Of a stretch of 64,000 nucleotides of DNA, positions 31,226 through 38,487 are shown one piece after another. Position numbers and translations under genes: made by a program. The stretch lies in assembly GCF_058153355.1 (NCBI RefSeq), contig NZ_CM177019.1; one strand, given 5' to 3'. Within the stretch, counting starts at the first letter, position 1. Every line of letters starts with the position of its first letter. Below the pieces are notes generated by a model. It did not search any database and had not been told where the DNA came from. It worked only from the letters and a program-made list of their open reading frames with translations.

Positions 31226-31483
31226 TCAATGATTACTTCTTTTGCTTTCTATTTTGCGGATTGCAACTTTATCTTGATTACATTGATTTAATGCTGATAA
31301 CAAATTCACATTCAAATCAAGACTTGCACCATACGTCAGTGGGTTGGGTATAAACGGTACAGGAGTATCAGAAGTCAAGCTGACTGGTAGTGGTGTCTTC
31401 GGAATGCTCACGTAAACTGTTCGCGTACTTCCGCAACCTGTCAGCAGCGGCAGCAGGTACAGGACGGGCAGCACAATCATCAT
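31226..31483 (-). CDS. o-spanin (Rz1-like lipoprotein), overlapping Rz
   Basis: MMIVLPVLYLLPLLTGC lipobox, then a Pro-rich mature region. Starts inside Rz in another frame and extends beyond it. Part of track ORF 31226..31711. Confidence 0.7.
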   Translation of the reverse strand: MMIVLPVLYLLPLLTGCGSTRTVYVSIPKTPLPVSLTSDTPVPFIPNPLTYGASLDLNVNLLSALNQCNQDKVAIRKIESKRSNH

Positions 31484-31760
31484 CCGCAACAGCCACTTTA
31501 ATATCTTCCTGGGTTCTCTGTGACTCCAGTGCGATCTGCTGTTTTGCATGCTGGTTAGCCTCCAGAACTGTATTGACGATTTGCATTGATTGCAGGACGT
31601 TATTGGTAATGGCAGTTGCTGATTCAGCATTTTGTACAGCCTCATCAGCACGTTTCTTTTCGTACTGATATTTGCTGTAGTAGTAGTTGGCTGACCAGAT
31701 GAAAGAACCAATGGCAGTAACGAAAAAAGCAGCGATAATCAGCTTATAACTCAACTTCAT
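31368..31760 (-). CDS. i-spanin (Rz-like)
   Basis: 130 aa. N-terminal TM (LIIAAFFVTAIGSFIW) and a coiled-coil periplasmic part. Follows the endolysin. Confidence 0.8.
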   Translation of the reverse strand: MKLSYKLIIAAFFVTAIGSFIWSANYYYSKYQYEKKRADEAVQNAESATAITNNVLQSMQIVNTVLEANQHAKQQIALESQRTQEDIKVAVADDDCAARPVPAAAADRLRKYANSLREHSEDTTTSQLDF

Positions 31761-32220
31761 TTACCACCCCACCAGCCTCTTTAAATCGGGCAATCAGGTC
31801 ACCGATTTTATGTTCATACTGACCGTAACCTGCGCCCGGCAGTGAAGCCCAGATATTGCTGCAACGATCGATAGCCTGACGGATATCACCGCGATCAATC
31901 ATCGGTAAAGCGCCACGCTCTTTAATCTGCTGCAATGCCACTGCGTCCTGGCTTTTGGGGGAGAAGTCTTTCAGACCAAGCTGTTTACGGTAAGCATCCC
32001 ACCATCGGGAAAGAATCTGGTAGCGTCCAGCAGCCGTTGATTTAAGTTTTGGGTTTAGCGTGACAAGTTTGCGAGGGTGGTCGGAGTAATCAGTGAAGAG
32101 TTCACCACCGACAATAACGTCATAACCGTGGTTACATGTCGGTTGCCGTCCATTATCCGTTCCTTCTGACCATGCCACCATATCGAGGAAAGCTTTACGC
32201 TGGGAATTTAGTACCTGCAT
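31744..32220 (-). CDS. endolysin, lambda R-type lytic transglycosylase
   Basis: QRKAFLDMVAWSEGTDNGRQ...GYDVIVGGELFTDYSDHPRKLVTLNPKL is nearly identical to lambda R as I remember it. Confidence 0.9.
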   Translation of the reverse strand: MQVLNSQRKAFLDMVAWSEGTDNGRQPTCNHGYDVIVGGELFTDYSDHPRKLVTLNPKLKSTAAGRYQILSRWWDAYRKQLGLKDFSPKSQDAVALQQIKERGALPMIDRGDIRQAIDRCSNIWASLPGAGYGQYEHKIGDLIARFKEAGGVVNEVEL

Positions 32221-32223
32221 AAA

Positions 32224-32559
32224 TTACTCCTTAGAGCCACCAAACTTGTTACCGATTACTCTCATTGCAGCCCCACGAATTGCATCGACCCCAATCAGCC
32301 CCACCCCACCACCAATGGCAACAGAAAGCGATTTAGGCCATCCGACATACTCAAGCGCGGATGCAAAGGTCAGCGTCAGAGCGCCACAGAGCAAAATTTC
32401 GAGTGTTTTTCGTTTCCAGCCGCCACCACCACCAAAATAGGCAATACGCAAACCAGCCATAACAATCGACATAATCACTGCGCCCAGCGGCGTATCTCCA
32501 CGCCACCAGCTCTGGAACAACTCCAGCCAGTCCGGCCAGGTATTTGGGTTATGAGGCAT
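32224..32559 (-). CDS. holin
   Basis: 111 aa with 2-3 hydrophobic helices and a charged C-terminus. Immediately upstream of the endolysin. Confidence 0.75.
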   Translation of the reverse strand: MPHNPNTWPDWLELFQSWWRGDTPLGAVIMSIVMAGLRIAYFGGGGGWKRKTLEILLCGALTLTFASALEYVGWPKSLSVAIGGGVGLIGVDAIRGAAMRVIGNKFGGSKE

Positions 32560-32636
32560 TTAGTCATCTCTCACCTCGCGATTATTTGCGGGTGCTGTGT
32601 TGGAAATAAAAAGGCCAAGCAACGTGGCCACCAGAA

Positions 32637-33689
32637 TTATTTCCCCACCAGTTCACTTACCTCTTTCACCGTCTGGTTAAACCGATCTGACTCAAACTCA
32701 ACACCTAACGCCCGACGCCCCAGCGCCATTGCTGCTTTTATTGTGGAACCGGATCCCATAAAGAAATCAGCAACCAGATCGCCTGGTCGACTACTGGCAT
32801 TGATTATTTGCCGGAGCATATCCGCAGGCTTCTCACACGGATGTTTACCCGGGTAGAACTGAACGGGTTTATGCGTCCAGACGTCGGTATAAGGCACGGA
32901 AACTGATACGGAGAAATAGCGCCGGAGAGTTTTAAACTCATCCAGCAATTCAGAATATTTGCGATTCAGTGAATCATAAGATGCCACCAGCTGGTGGTGT
33001 GTGTGTTCCAGTTGTTGTTCCTGAAACTTCTCTGCCGCTATACGGGAAAACAGTGCCTGCAACTTTCGGTAGTCAGCCTCGTTCGGCAACTGCCACTGAC
33101 TGGCACCAAACCAGTGGGAAACCATATTTTTCTTACCAGTGGCTTCGGCAATCTGTTTTGCCGTTATCCCCAGTTCGGCACGAGCATCCCTGAAATACGA
33201 AATCAGCGGTGCCATTATGTGCTGTTTGAGTTCCCTTTCTTTTGCCGCATAGCCGTCACTTTTGCCGCGATATGGCCCCTGGTAATGTTCAGCAAACAGA
33301 ACGCGCTCTGTTGCGGGAAAATATGCGCGCAGACTTTCTTTATTACACCCGTTCCATCGTCCGGACGGCTTCGCCCAGATGATATGGTTAAGCACGTTGA
33401 AACGTTCACGCATCATGATCTCGATATCAGATGCGAGGCGATGTCCACAGAACAGGTAAAGGCTTCCGGCAGGTTTCAACACCCGCCAGAACTGGGCCAG
33501 ACAATGGTCCAGCCACTTAAGGTAATCTTCGTCCCCTTTCCACTGATTGTCCCAGCCGTTGGGTTTCACCTTGAAGTACGGCGGATCGGTAACAATCAGG
33601 TCAATGGAATCATCAGGCAGGGACTGAATAAAATACAGGCAATCAGCGTTGATTAAATCAGCACTGTTTATTTTTACAGTATTTTTCAT
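32637..33689 (-). CDS. orphan DNA methyltransferase (beta-class N6A/N4C; DPPY then FxGxG)
   Basis: IVTDPPYF near the N-terminus and DFFMGSGST near the C-terminus. No adjacent restriction gene. Confidence 0.8.
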   Translation of the reverse strand: MKNTVKINSADLINADCLYFIQSLPDDSIDLIVTDPPYFKVKPNGWDNQWKGDEDYLKWLDHCLAQFWRVLKPAGSLYLFCGHRLASDIEIMMRERFNVLNHIIWAKPSGRWNGCNKESLRAYFPATERVLFAEHYQGPYRGKSDGYAAKERELKQHIMAPLISYFRDARAELGITAKQIAEATGKKNMVSHWFGASQWQLPNEADYRKLQALFSRIAAEKFQEQQLEHTHHQLVASYDSLNRKYSELLDEFKTLRRYFSVSVSVPYTDVWTHKPVQFYPGKHPCEKPADMLRQIINASSRPGDLVADFFMGSGSTIKAAMALGRRALGVEFESDRFNQTVKEVSELVGK

Positions 33690-33838
33690 GGATCAGTAAG
33701 CGTAACTCTGGTAGGCTCACTCTGCTTTTGCGCTAAAGCAGTGGGCCGAGGTTCGCTTGTGACCAGTAAGCATGAGCGAATGGCTGGCAGGTGCTACCAA
33801 CACCCACCAGCCGCCCATTTTCACAAATTAAAAGCCCT

Positions 33839-34057
33839 TCATTGCTGAAGGCGTCTGTAACAGCCGAACTGGTAATCTGCCAGCCCCGCCATAACCAGCT
33901 GGGTCAGTATTAACTGACAGCGTTCGCGTGAAAGGTATGTGTTTTGTGCTATCTCCCCGACTGTTGCCGGTTCGACGCTTAATTCATTAAAAACAACTTT
34001 CGCCGTTTCTGTCATATCTAGCTGTTTTAGCATGTCTTTTTTCCTTCTGGTTAACAT
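33839..34057 (-). CDS. small hypothetical protein (72 aa)
   Basis: ORF directly downstream of the late terminator. Helical, possibly wHTH-like. No family recognised. Confidence 0.4.
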   Translation of the reverse strand: MLTRRKKDMLKQLDMTETAKVVFNELSVEPATVGEIAQNTYLSRERCQLILTQLVMAGLADYQFGCYRRLQQ

Positions 34058-34152
34058 GACATACCAATAACTCTTGTCTAAAAAGCCAGCAAGATAAAAA
34101 GTCAGTATTCACGACCACCAGCGTGTTTACCGTACTGCCAACATCAAGGCAC

Positions 34153-34177
34153 AAAAAAACCCGCTCAGCGGCGGGTT
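34153..34177 (-). terminator. late-operon terminator (tR'-like) downstream of the late promoter
   Basis: Minus strand: AACCCGC-CGCTGA-GCGGGTT followed by TTTTTTT, about 50 nt downstream of the predicted late promoter. Confidence 0.75.
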
Positions 34178-34223
34178 CTTAAATCTTATCAACGGTAGAC
34201 ATACAAAGCCCATCGTTGGGACA

Positions 34224-34252
34224 ATCTTATCCATATTTTTTGAAAAATGCAA
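34224..34252 (-). promoter_or_regulatory. late promoter (PR'-like) downstream of Q
   Basis: Minus strand: TTGCAT - 17 nt - TAAGAT, located 32 nt after the Q stop and ahead of the terminator. This is the lambda Q/PR'/tR' arrangement. Confidence 0.65.
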
Positions 34253-34283
34253 GAATTATGTCGTCATCTTCGGCGAAAATCAT

Positions 34284-35036
34284 TTATCTCGTCACTTTTC
34301 TTAATTGCGTCTCAGCATATGCTTCTTCCTGCCAGCACTTTGTCACCAGTTTATCAATGACATCTGCATATCCTTTGTACCACTGATAATCCGTCAAATC
34401 TGGTACCAGTTTCTGTACATGACACCGCGCCAGTGTCGTTGGTAAACGGCTAAACCGGTTTCCATTGCAACGTCCACAAATCTTATAAACAGGCCTGCCA
34501 TGAAGCCGGGTCCTTTTTTCATCCAGGACAATACCTTTACCCTTACACCCTCTGCACGCTGTGCTGACTTCTCCCTTACCATGGCAATGCTGACACAGTT
34601 CCTTTACCCACTCTTCCTTGATAACAGATTCCCCGCTTCTGGAGTGTTTCACCACTTCGCGCAATACATTATGAAATCCAGTACCAGCACAATGCTCACA
34701 GCAAGCCTTACTTGCCGCAGACCTGGAATAATCAGCAAAGGCAAAATTCACAAGGTAAGGAATGATCTGTAGCCGGGTTTCTTCACTCAATTTGTTCAAT
34801 GTCGGGTTATCCAGTGCCATCGCGTAATTGAGCAGACCTTCAATCGCAAACTGAGGATCCTGAATACCAAGTTTTGCCAGGAATAAGGCAAACCCAAGCG
34901 GTGCTTTCGACTGCACCATCCCCTGCGCAGCCATTACATCCGTAATTGTTAAACCACCAGAGCCTGTCGCCGGTGCGTCATCGCTCAATATTGGAGATTT
35001 TGGGGAGTAATATTTCGGTAAGGCTTCAAGGTTCAT
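34284..35036 (-). CDS. antitermination protein Q (QuuQ/YdfT-like, DnaJ-type zinc-finger repeats)
   Basis: 250 aa. CEHCAGTG, CQHCHGKG, CRGCKGKG and CGRCNGNR repeats, as in the Qin prophage Q homologue. Confidence 0.75.
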   Translation of the reverse strand: MNLEALPKYYSPKSPILSDDAPATGSGGLTITDVMAAQGMVQSKAPLGFALFLAKLGIQDPQFAIEGLLNYAMALDNPTLNKLSEETRLQIIPYLVNFAFADYSRSAASKACCEHCAGTGFHNVLREVVKHSRSGESVIKEEWVKELCQHCHGKGEVSTACRGCKGKGIVLDEKRTRLHGRPVYKICGRCNGNRFSRLPTTLARCHVQKLVPDLTDYQWYKGYADVIDKLVTKCWQEEAYAETQLRKVTR

Positions 35037-35049
35037 GCTCGTTCTCCAC

Positions 35050-36045
35050 TTACGCCAGTACGCCTATTGCCAGCGCACGATCGATAAAACGAAATATCAG
35101 CTCCAGCTGGGAGCCATACTTCTCTTCAAATGCCGCGGTATCCGCATGCAACTCGTCGTGATGCTTTCTGCACAAAGGCAACACAAAGAGGTCATGCGCT
35201 TTTGTACCCATTCCGCCCTGACCGTGGCCTATCAGGTGGTGGGGATCATCAGCAGGCTTTCCACAACATGCACACGGCTGTGTCTTAACCCAGCGCGTGT
35301 ACTTTTCGTTAACCCAGCGGCGACGTTTTGGGCGTAACATAAAAGACTCCGGCGACTCCGGATCCACTTTCAGCGCCAGCACCTTTTTCACTTTATCCTG
35401 GATGATGCTGGTGGCAGGAACCGAAGGAACAAGGTCACTTTCCCGGGTGACAGACGGCACAACAGGCTTCGGTAATCTCAGTGCCTTACGGGCTGCACTT
35501 TCCGGCAAGGCACCCGCCAGGTCATTACGAACCAGCCACCAGCACAGTTCCGGCATTGTCACAACGTGACTATCATCAAAACCGAGATCCCGACGCACGA
35601 CAGACAACACCCAGCGGGCACAGTTATCCGTTGCCATTGATTCCAGCCGTTCCGTGAACTGATCGCGCAGCTGGTTATCGCAGTGCCAGCACAGACGGAT
35701 TGCGCCCGGCGCGTGTCGCATTGTGGTCATGTTCTCGCTGTGCCAGTCGGAATGAGGCCACTGACAGCCATTTTCACGAAGTAACCAGCTTTCAAGACAT
35801 TCCACGCCACCAGCACGACGGATCACTGCCTCATTGCGGAACACGCCCCGAACGGCAGGATCATCCGCCAGCGGTTGTGATACCGCCGGAACGGCACCAC
35901 TGGCGAAAGATGAATAACGTTCCGGCTCAGGCTCCAGCAGGACACGCCCCTGCATAAACAGGGGCATCAGCTCTGAACCTGGTCTGAACAATACGATCCC
36001 CATACGCGGGGCAATTTCAGGGGTCAGTAATGCTCTCACGGTCAC
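35050..36045 (-). CDS. DUF968-family protein (YdfU/YfdN-like) with C-terminal HNH-like motif
   Basis: 331 aa. C-terminal CACCGKPADDPHHLIGHGQGGMGTKAHDLFVLPLCRKHHDELH. Confidence 0.6.
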   Translation of the reverse strand: MTVRALLTPEIAPRMGIVLFRPGSELMPLFMQGRVLLEPEPERYSSFASGAVPAVSQPLADDPAVRGVFRNEAVIRRAGGVECLESWLLRENGCQWPHSDWHSENMTTMRHAPGAIRLCWHCDNQLRDQFTERLESMATDNCARWVLSVVRRDLGFDDSHVVTMPELCWWLVRNDLAGALPESAARKALRLPKPVVPSVTRESDLVPSVPATSIIQDKVKKVLALKVDPESPESFMLRPKRRRWVNEKYTRWVKTQPCACCGKPADDPHHLIGHGQGGMGTKAHDLFVLPLCRKHHDELHADTAAFEEKYGSQLELIFRFIDRALAIGVLA

Positions 36046-36046
36046 C

Positions 36047-36862
36047 TCAATGAACGGTATCGAGCAGCTTTAACAGCTCAGGGAATCGGGATTCGAAGAA
36101 ATGCGGCTGCGTCTCGCGCGGATTTGCGGGACTGGTGATGTTCTTGCCGAACATGCAGCCTTTCGCTGTCAGCGACCAGAATTTTTTGATGTTGTTAATC
36201 GCGGTACGGCTGTATCGTTCGCGTTGTTCGACGATCCCCAGCTTCGCCATCTGGTGATATGCCTGATTAGCCGTCAGGCGGATACCATACTGTTTCAGCA
36301 GTGCACTCAGCGACAGCGTAGGGCGGCTTGAACCATCTGGCGCATCAGCAGGGGCATCAATGGCATAGATCGGCATAAGTTCAGGAAGACCAGCTACCTT
36401 TGATAATTTCTGGTATGCACCAAGTTTCGAGGAGTTTGACAGATTTAGAGTCTTTGCTGCTGATTCAAGCAGAATGACCCCGGATTTGATTTTGTCGGAT
36501 ATGGTTTCTTCTGGTGATGAATTATGAAGCGCATCAAAAGTACGTATCACTTTTAAGCTGAATGCCGGGCTGATCCACATTGCATATGCATAGACCAGCT
36601 CTTTACAGACATACGTCCCACCATTGCGCCCCTGAATGGTGATGACAGGAATACTACGGGAATCTCCCGTAGTTTCTTCTTCCAATAATTCCACAAGAGC
36701 CTTCGTTTCAGGACGACGCATAAACTCGTGAACTTCCAGCGAACGGGAGGAGCGATTCTCACCAGCAGCAAGAAGAGCAGCTTTCTGAAGGTCGTTAAGA
36801 CAGTAGTTAGATTCGAAGTACTGGCGCACAGAAACGCCATCAATTACAAGCAACTGATTCAT
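36047..36862 (-). CDS. KilA-N domain / antirepressor-like protein
   Basis: ATG 36862 with GGAGA 5 nt upstream (the track starts at GTG 36874). The N-terminal half resembles KilA-N (…IQGRNGGTYVCKELVYAYAMWISPAFSLKVI…). The C-terminal half is Ant-like. Confidence 0.65.
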   Translation of the reverse strand: MNQLLVIDGVSVRQYFESNYCLNDLQKAALLAAGENRSSRSLEVHEFMRRPETKALVELLEEETTGDSRSIPVITIQGRNGGTYVCKELVYAYAMWISPAFSLKVIRTFDALHNSSPEETISDKIKSGVILLESAAKTLNLSNSSKLGAYQKLSKVAGLPELMPIYAIDAPADAPDGSSRPTLSLSALLKQYGIRLTANQAYHQMAKLGIVEQRERYSRTAINNIKKFWSLTAKGCMFGKNITSPANPRETQPHFFESRFPELLKLLDTVH

Positions 36863-36959
36863 TGGTTTCTCCACAAATTTTTATCCACGAGCGGGACTGC
36901 ACTCCCTTTTCGTTGATGCAGGATGCACTTACTGCGATTTTTAATAGTTATCAAGGGCA

Positions 36960-36979
36960 TACTGTTCATAAATACAGTA
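36960..36979. promoter_or_regulatory. LexA box upstream of the KilA-N/Ant gene
   Basis: TACTGTTCATAAATACAGTA (CTGT-N8-ACAG), 98 nt upstream of the ATG in the 162-nt rusA-kilA gap. Confidence 0.8.
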
Positions 36980-37024
36980 TCTTTAACGAGGTAATACCCA
37001 AATTTAGGGTGTTGCTCAATTCCG

Positions 37025-37420
37025 TTACCGAGTTGCTAATTTGCAACTCGCTTTTTCGTACTTACTGATAGTGATCTCGACCTTCCCTTCCGGGATAACC
37101 GGTCCCCACTCCACCAGCATTCTTTTCACCTGACTGTCGTCTTCCCACACACCCGCGTGGGTCAGAGCGTCAAACAGCGCCTTGTTATAGTTGTCCAGAT
37201 CGCGGATCCGGTTATCCGGAGGAAACAACACGATCTCCACTGAAGCAGGTGCCGACGTTGGTTTCGGCAGACGACGTAACTGCTCAACTATTGCTGCGCA
37301 CGCCGCGCTCTGGAATTTGCGCCCCGCCGCGCTTATCAGGCTTTTACCAGCAAACGCCCCTTTGTTAGGGTGTCGCCAGTACGTATTCACGCTGGGCGGG
37401 AAAGGCAGGATCAGTTTCAT
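37025..37420 (-). CDS. rusA: RusA-family Holliday junction resolvase
   Basis: 131 aa. LPFPPSVNTYW...RDLDNYNKALFDALTHAGVWEDDSQV, typical of RusA. Confidence 0.85.
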   Translation of the reverse strand: MKLILPFPPSVNTYWRHPNKGAFAGKSLISAAGRKFQSAACAAIVEQLRRLPKPTSAPASVEIVLFPPDNRIRDLDNYNKALFDALTHAGVWEDDSQVKRMLVEWGPVIPEGKVEITISKYEKASCKLATR

Positions 37421-37743
37421 ACTTTCAGGCCTCTCTCATGTAACCAGTGGGTTGCACGCAGCCTTGCGTTTTCCTCACCGGCAAGCAGTGAGCGGATAAT
37501 CCCGACAGCCTCGCTGTCGTCGTCCTTCACCGCGGTATGAAGCGTTATCCCCCGGGCCACGCCACGCTTTATCGTGATGACGCCTTTTTTCTCCAGTGCG
37601 CGAAGATGCTCCACCGCTGCATTCACTGAACGGTATCCCAGCATGGTTGCCACCTCCTGATTGGTTGGCGGGAAGCCACGTTCTTTCTGGTAAGAAATCA
37701 GCATATCCAGCACCTGCTGCTGGCATTGAGTTAATGTCGTCAT
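37417..37743 (-). CDS. LexA N-terminal DNA-binding-domain protein lacking the S24 peptidase domain
   Basis: 108 aa. LTQCQQQVLDMLISYQKERGFPPTNQEVATMLGYRSVNAAVEHLRALEKKGVITIKRGVARGITL aligns with LexA residues ~4-69. The 40-aa tail is unrelated. Confidence 0.8.
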   Translation of the reverse strand: MTTLTQCQQQVLDMLISYQKERGFPPTNQEVATMLGYRSVNAAVEHLRALEKKGVITIKRGVARGITLHTAVKDDDSEAVGIIRSLLAGEENARLRATHWLHERGLKV

Positions 37744-38393
37744 GCCGCCATCTCCCTGACCAGTTTTTCCGCCTGCTGGCGAACCTGCGCCAGAAAGGCC
37801 TCACCACATGCCTCAAGTTCATCGCGCCCGATGTAGCTGATTGCCGGTCCCTTCCAGGTCTTGTCGAAAACAACAATAGCACCAGCGAAGAAAGCGCCTG
37901 TCGGCACCTGCTTCTCGTCCTTCGGTATAAACCAGGCAGGCAGTTCAAAACCAATACGCCCGCGAATAAAAGCAATATGATCTGCATCTTCCGGCCACCA
38001 CACTTCGCTGGTGGCAGCTTTGATCAGGAAAACATAGCGCCCGCCTTTATCACGCATGGCACTGGCATGTTTCATGATGTAACGCATGCCGGTGATGTAT
38101 TGCCCCTCATGCTGACTGGCGCGGCTGTATGGGGGATTACCAAAGGCAGCACCTTTAAGCTCCGCAAGACGTTCTGACCAGTCATGCGCCAGCGCGTTGT
38201 CTTCCGCCGTGTAATACGCGGCACATTTGGCGTTATCACCGTCAGTGAACAGATCCAGAACAAACGGACCAAACAAGGTGTTAATTCCCCAGAAAATGTT
38301 GTCCGGCGTGCGCCACTGATCGCCCACTTCCTTCAGTTCATGGGCTGGTTTGTTCCGCAGTTCTACCAGCGCCTGGCAATATTTATTACTCAT
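37740..38393 (-). CDS. phage Dam-type N6-adenine DNA methyltransferase
   Basis: 217 aa. FGNPPYS catalytic motif. Size and N-terminus (WRTPDNIF) typical of the phage N6A-MTase family. Confidence 0.75.
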   Translation of the reverse strand: MSNKYCQALVELRNKPAHELKEVGDQWRTPDNIFWGINTLFGPFVLDLFTDGDNAKCAAYYTAEDNALAHDWSERLAELKGAAFGNPPYSRASQHEGQYITGMRYIMKHASAMRDKGGRYVFLIKAATSEVWWPEDADHIAFIRGRIGFELPAWFIPKDEKQVPTGAFFAGAIVVFDKTWKGPAISYIGRDELEACGEAFLAQVRQQAEKLVREMAA

Positions 38394-38485
38394 TAAGCCC
38401 CCACGTAAAAAGCATCCGCAATGTCTCCGGAAGTACAGCCCGGATGGGCTTCAATGAATTTCTGAACGTCATTTAACAGACTCAT
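38393..38485 (-). CDS. 30-aa ORF translationally coupled between the O-like and Dam genes
   Basis: ATG 2 nt after the O-like TGA, and its TAA overlaps the Dam ATG (TAATG). MSLLNDVQKFIEAHPGCTSGDIADAFYVGA. Confidence 0.4.
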   Translation of the reverse strand: MSLLNDVQKFIEAHPGCTSGDIADAFYVGA

Positions 38486-38487
38486 GA

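Noticed and set aside
31226-31711. 161-aa ORF overlapping Rz
   Set aside because: Only the distal 86 codons, starting at the lipobox signal MMIVLPVLYLLPLLTGC, make sense as an Rz1-type o-spanin. The upstream part is merely the alternative frame of Rz.
33690-33838. tRNA gene downstream of Q, as in many lambdoid or Stx phages
   Set aside because: I could not assemble an acceptor stem or a T-arm (no GTTCRANYC-type loop with complementary flanks) on either strand.
33839-34283. Toxin or virulence cargo (e.g. stx) downstream of Q
   Set aside because: The slot contains only the PR'/tR' signals, a 72-aa ORF and a methyltransferase. Nothing resembles toxin A/B subunits.
37475-38177. 170-aa minus-strand and 193-aa plus-strand ORFs overlapping the LexA-NTD and Dam genes
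   Set aside because: Both are Arg/Pro/Gly-rich alternative-frame ORFs over genes with clear family motifs. Neither has independent start signals.
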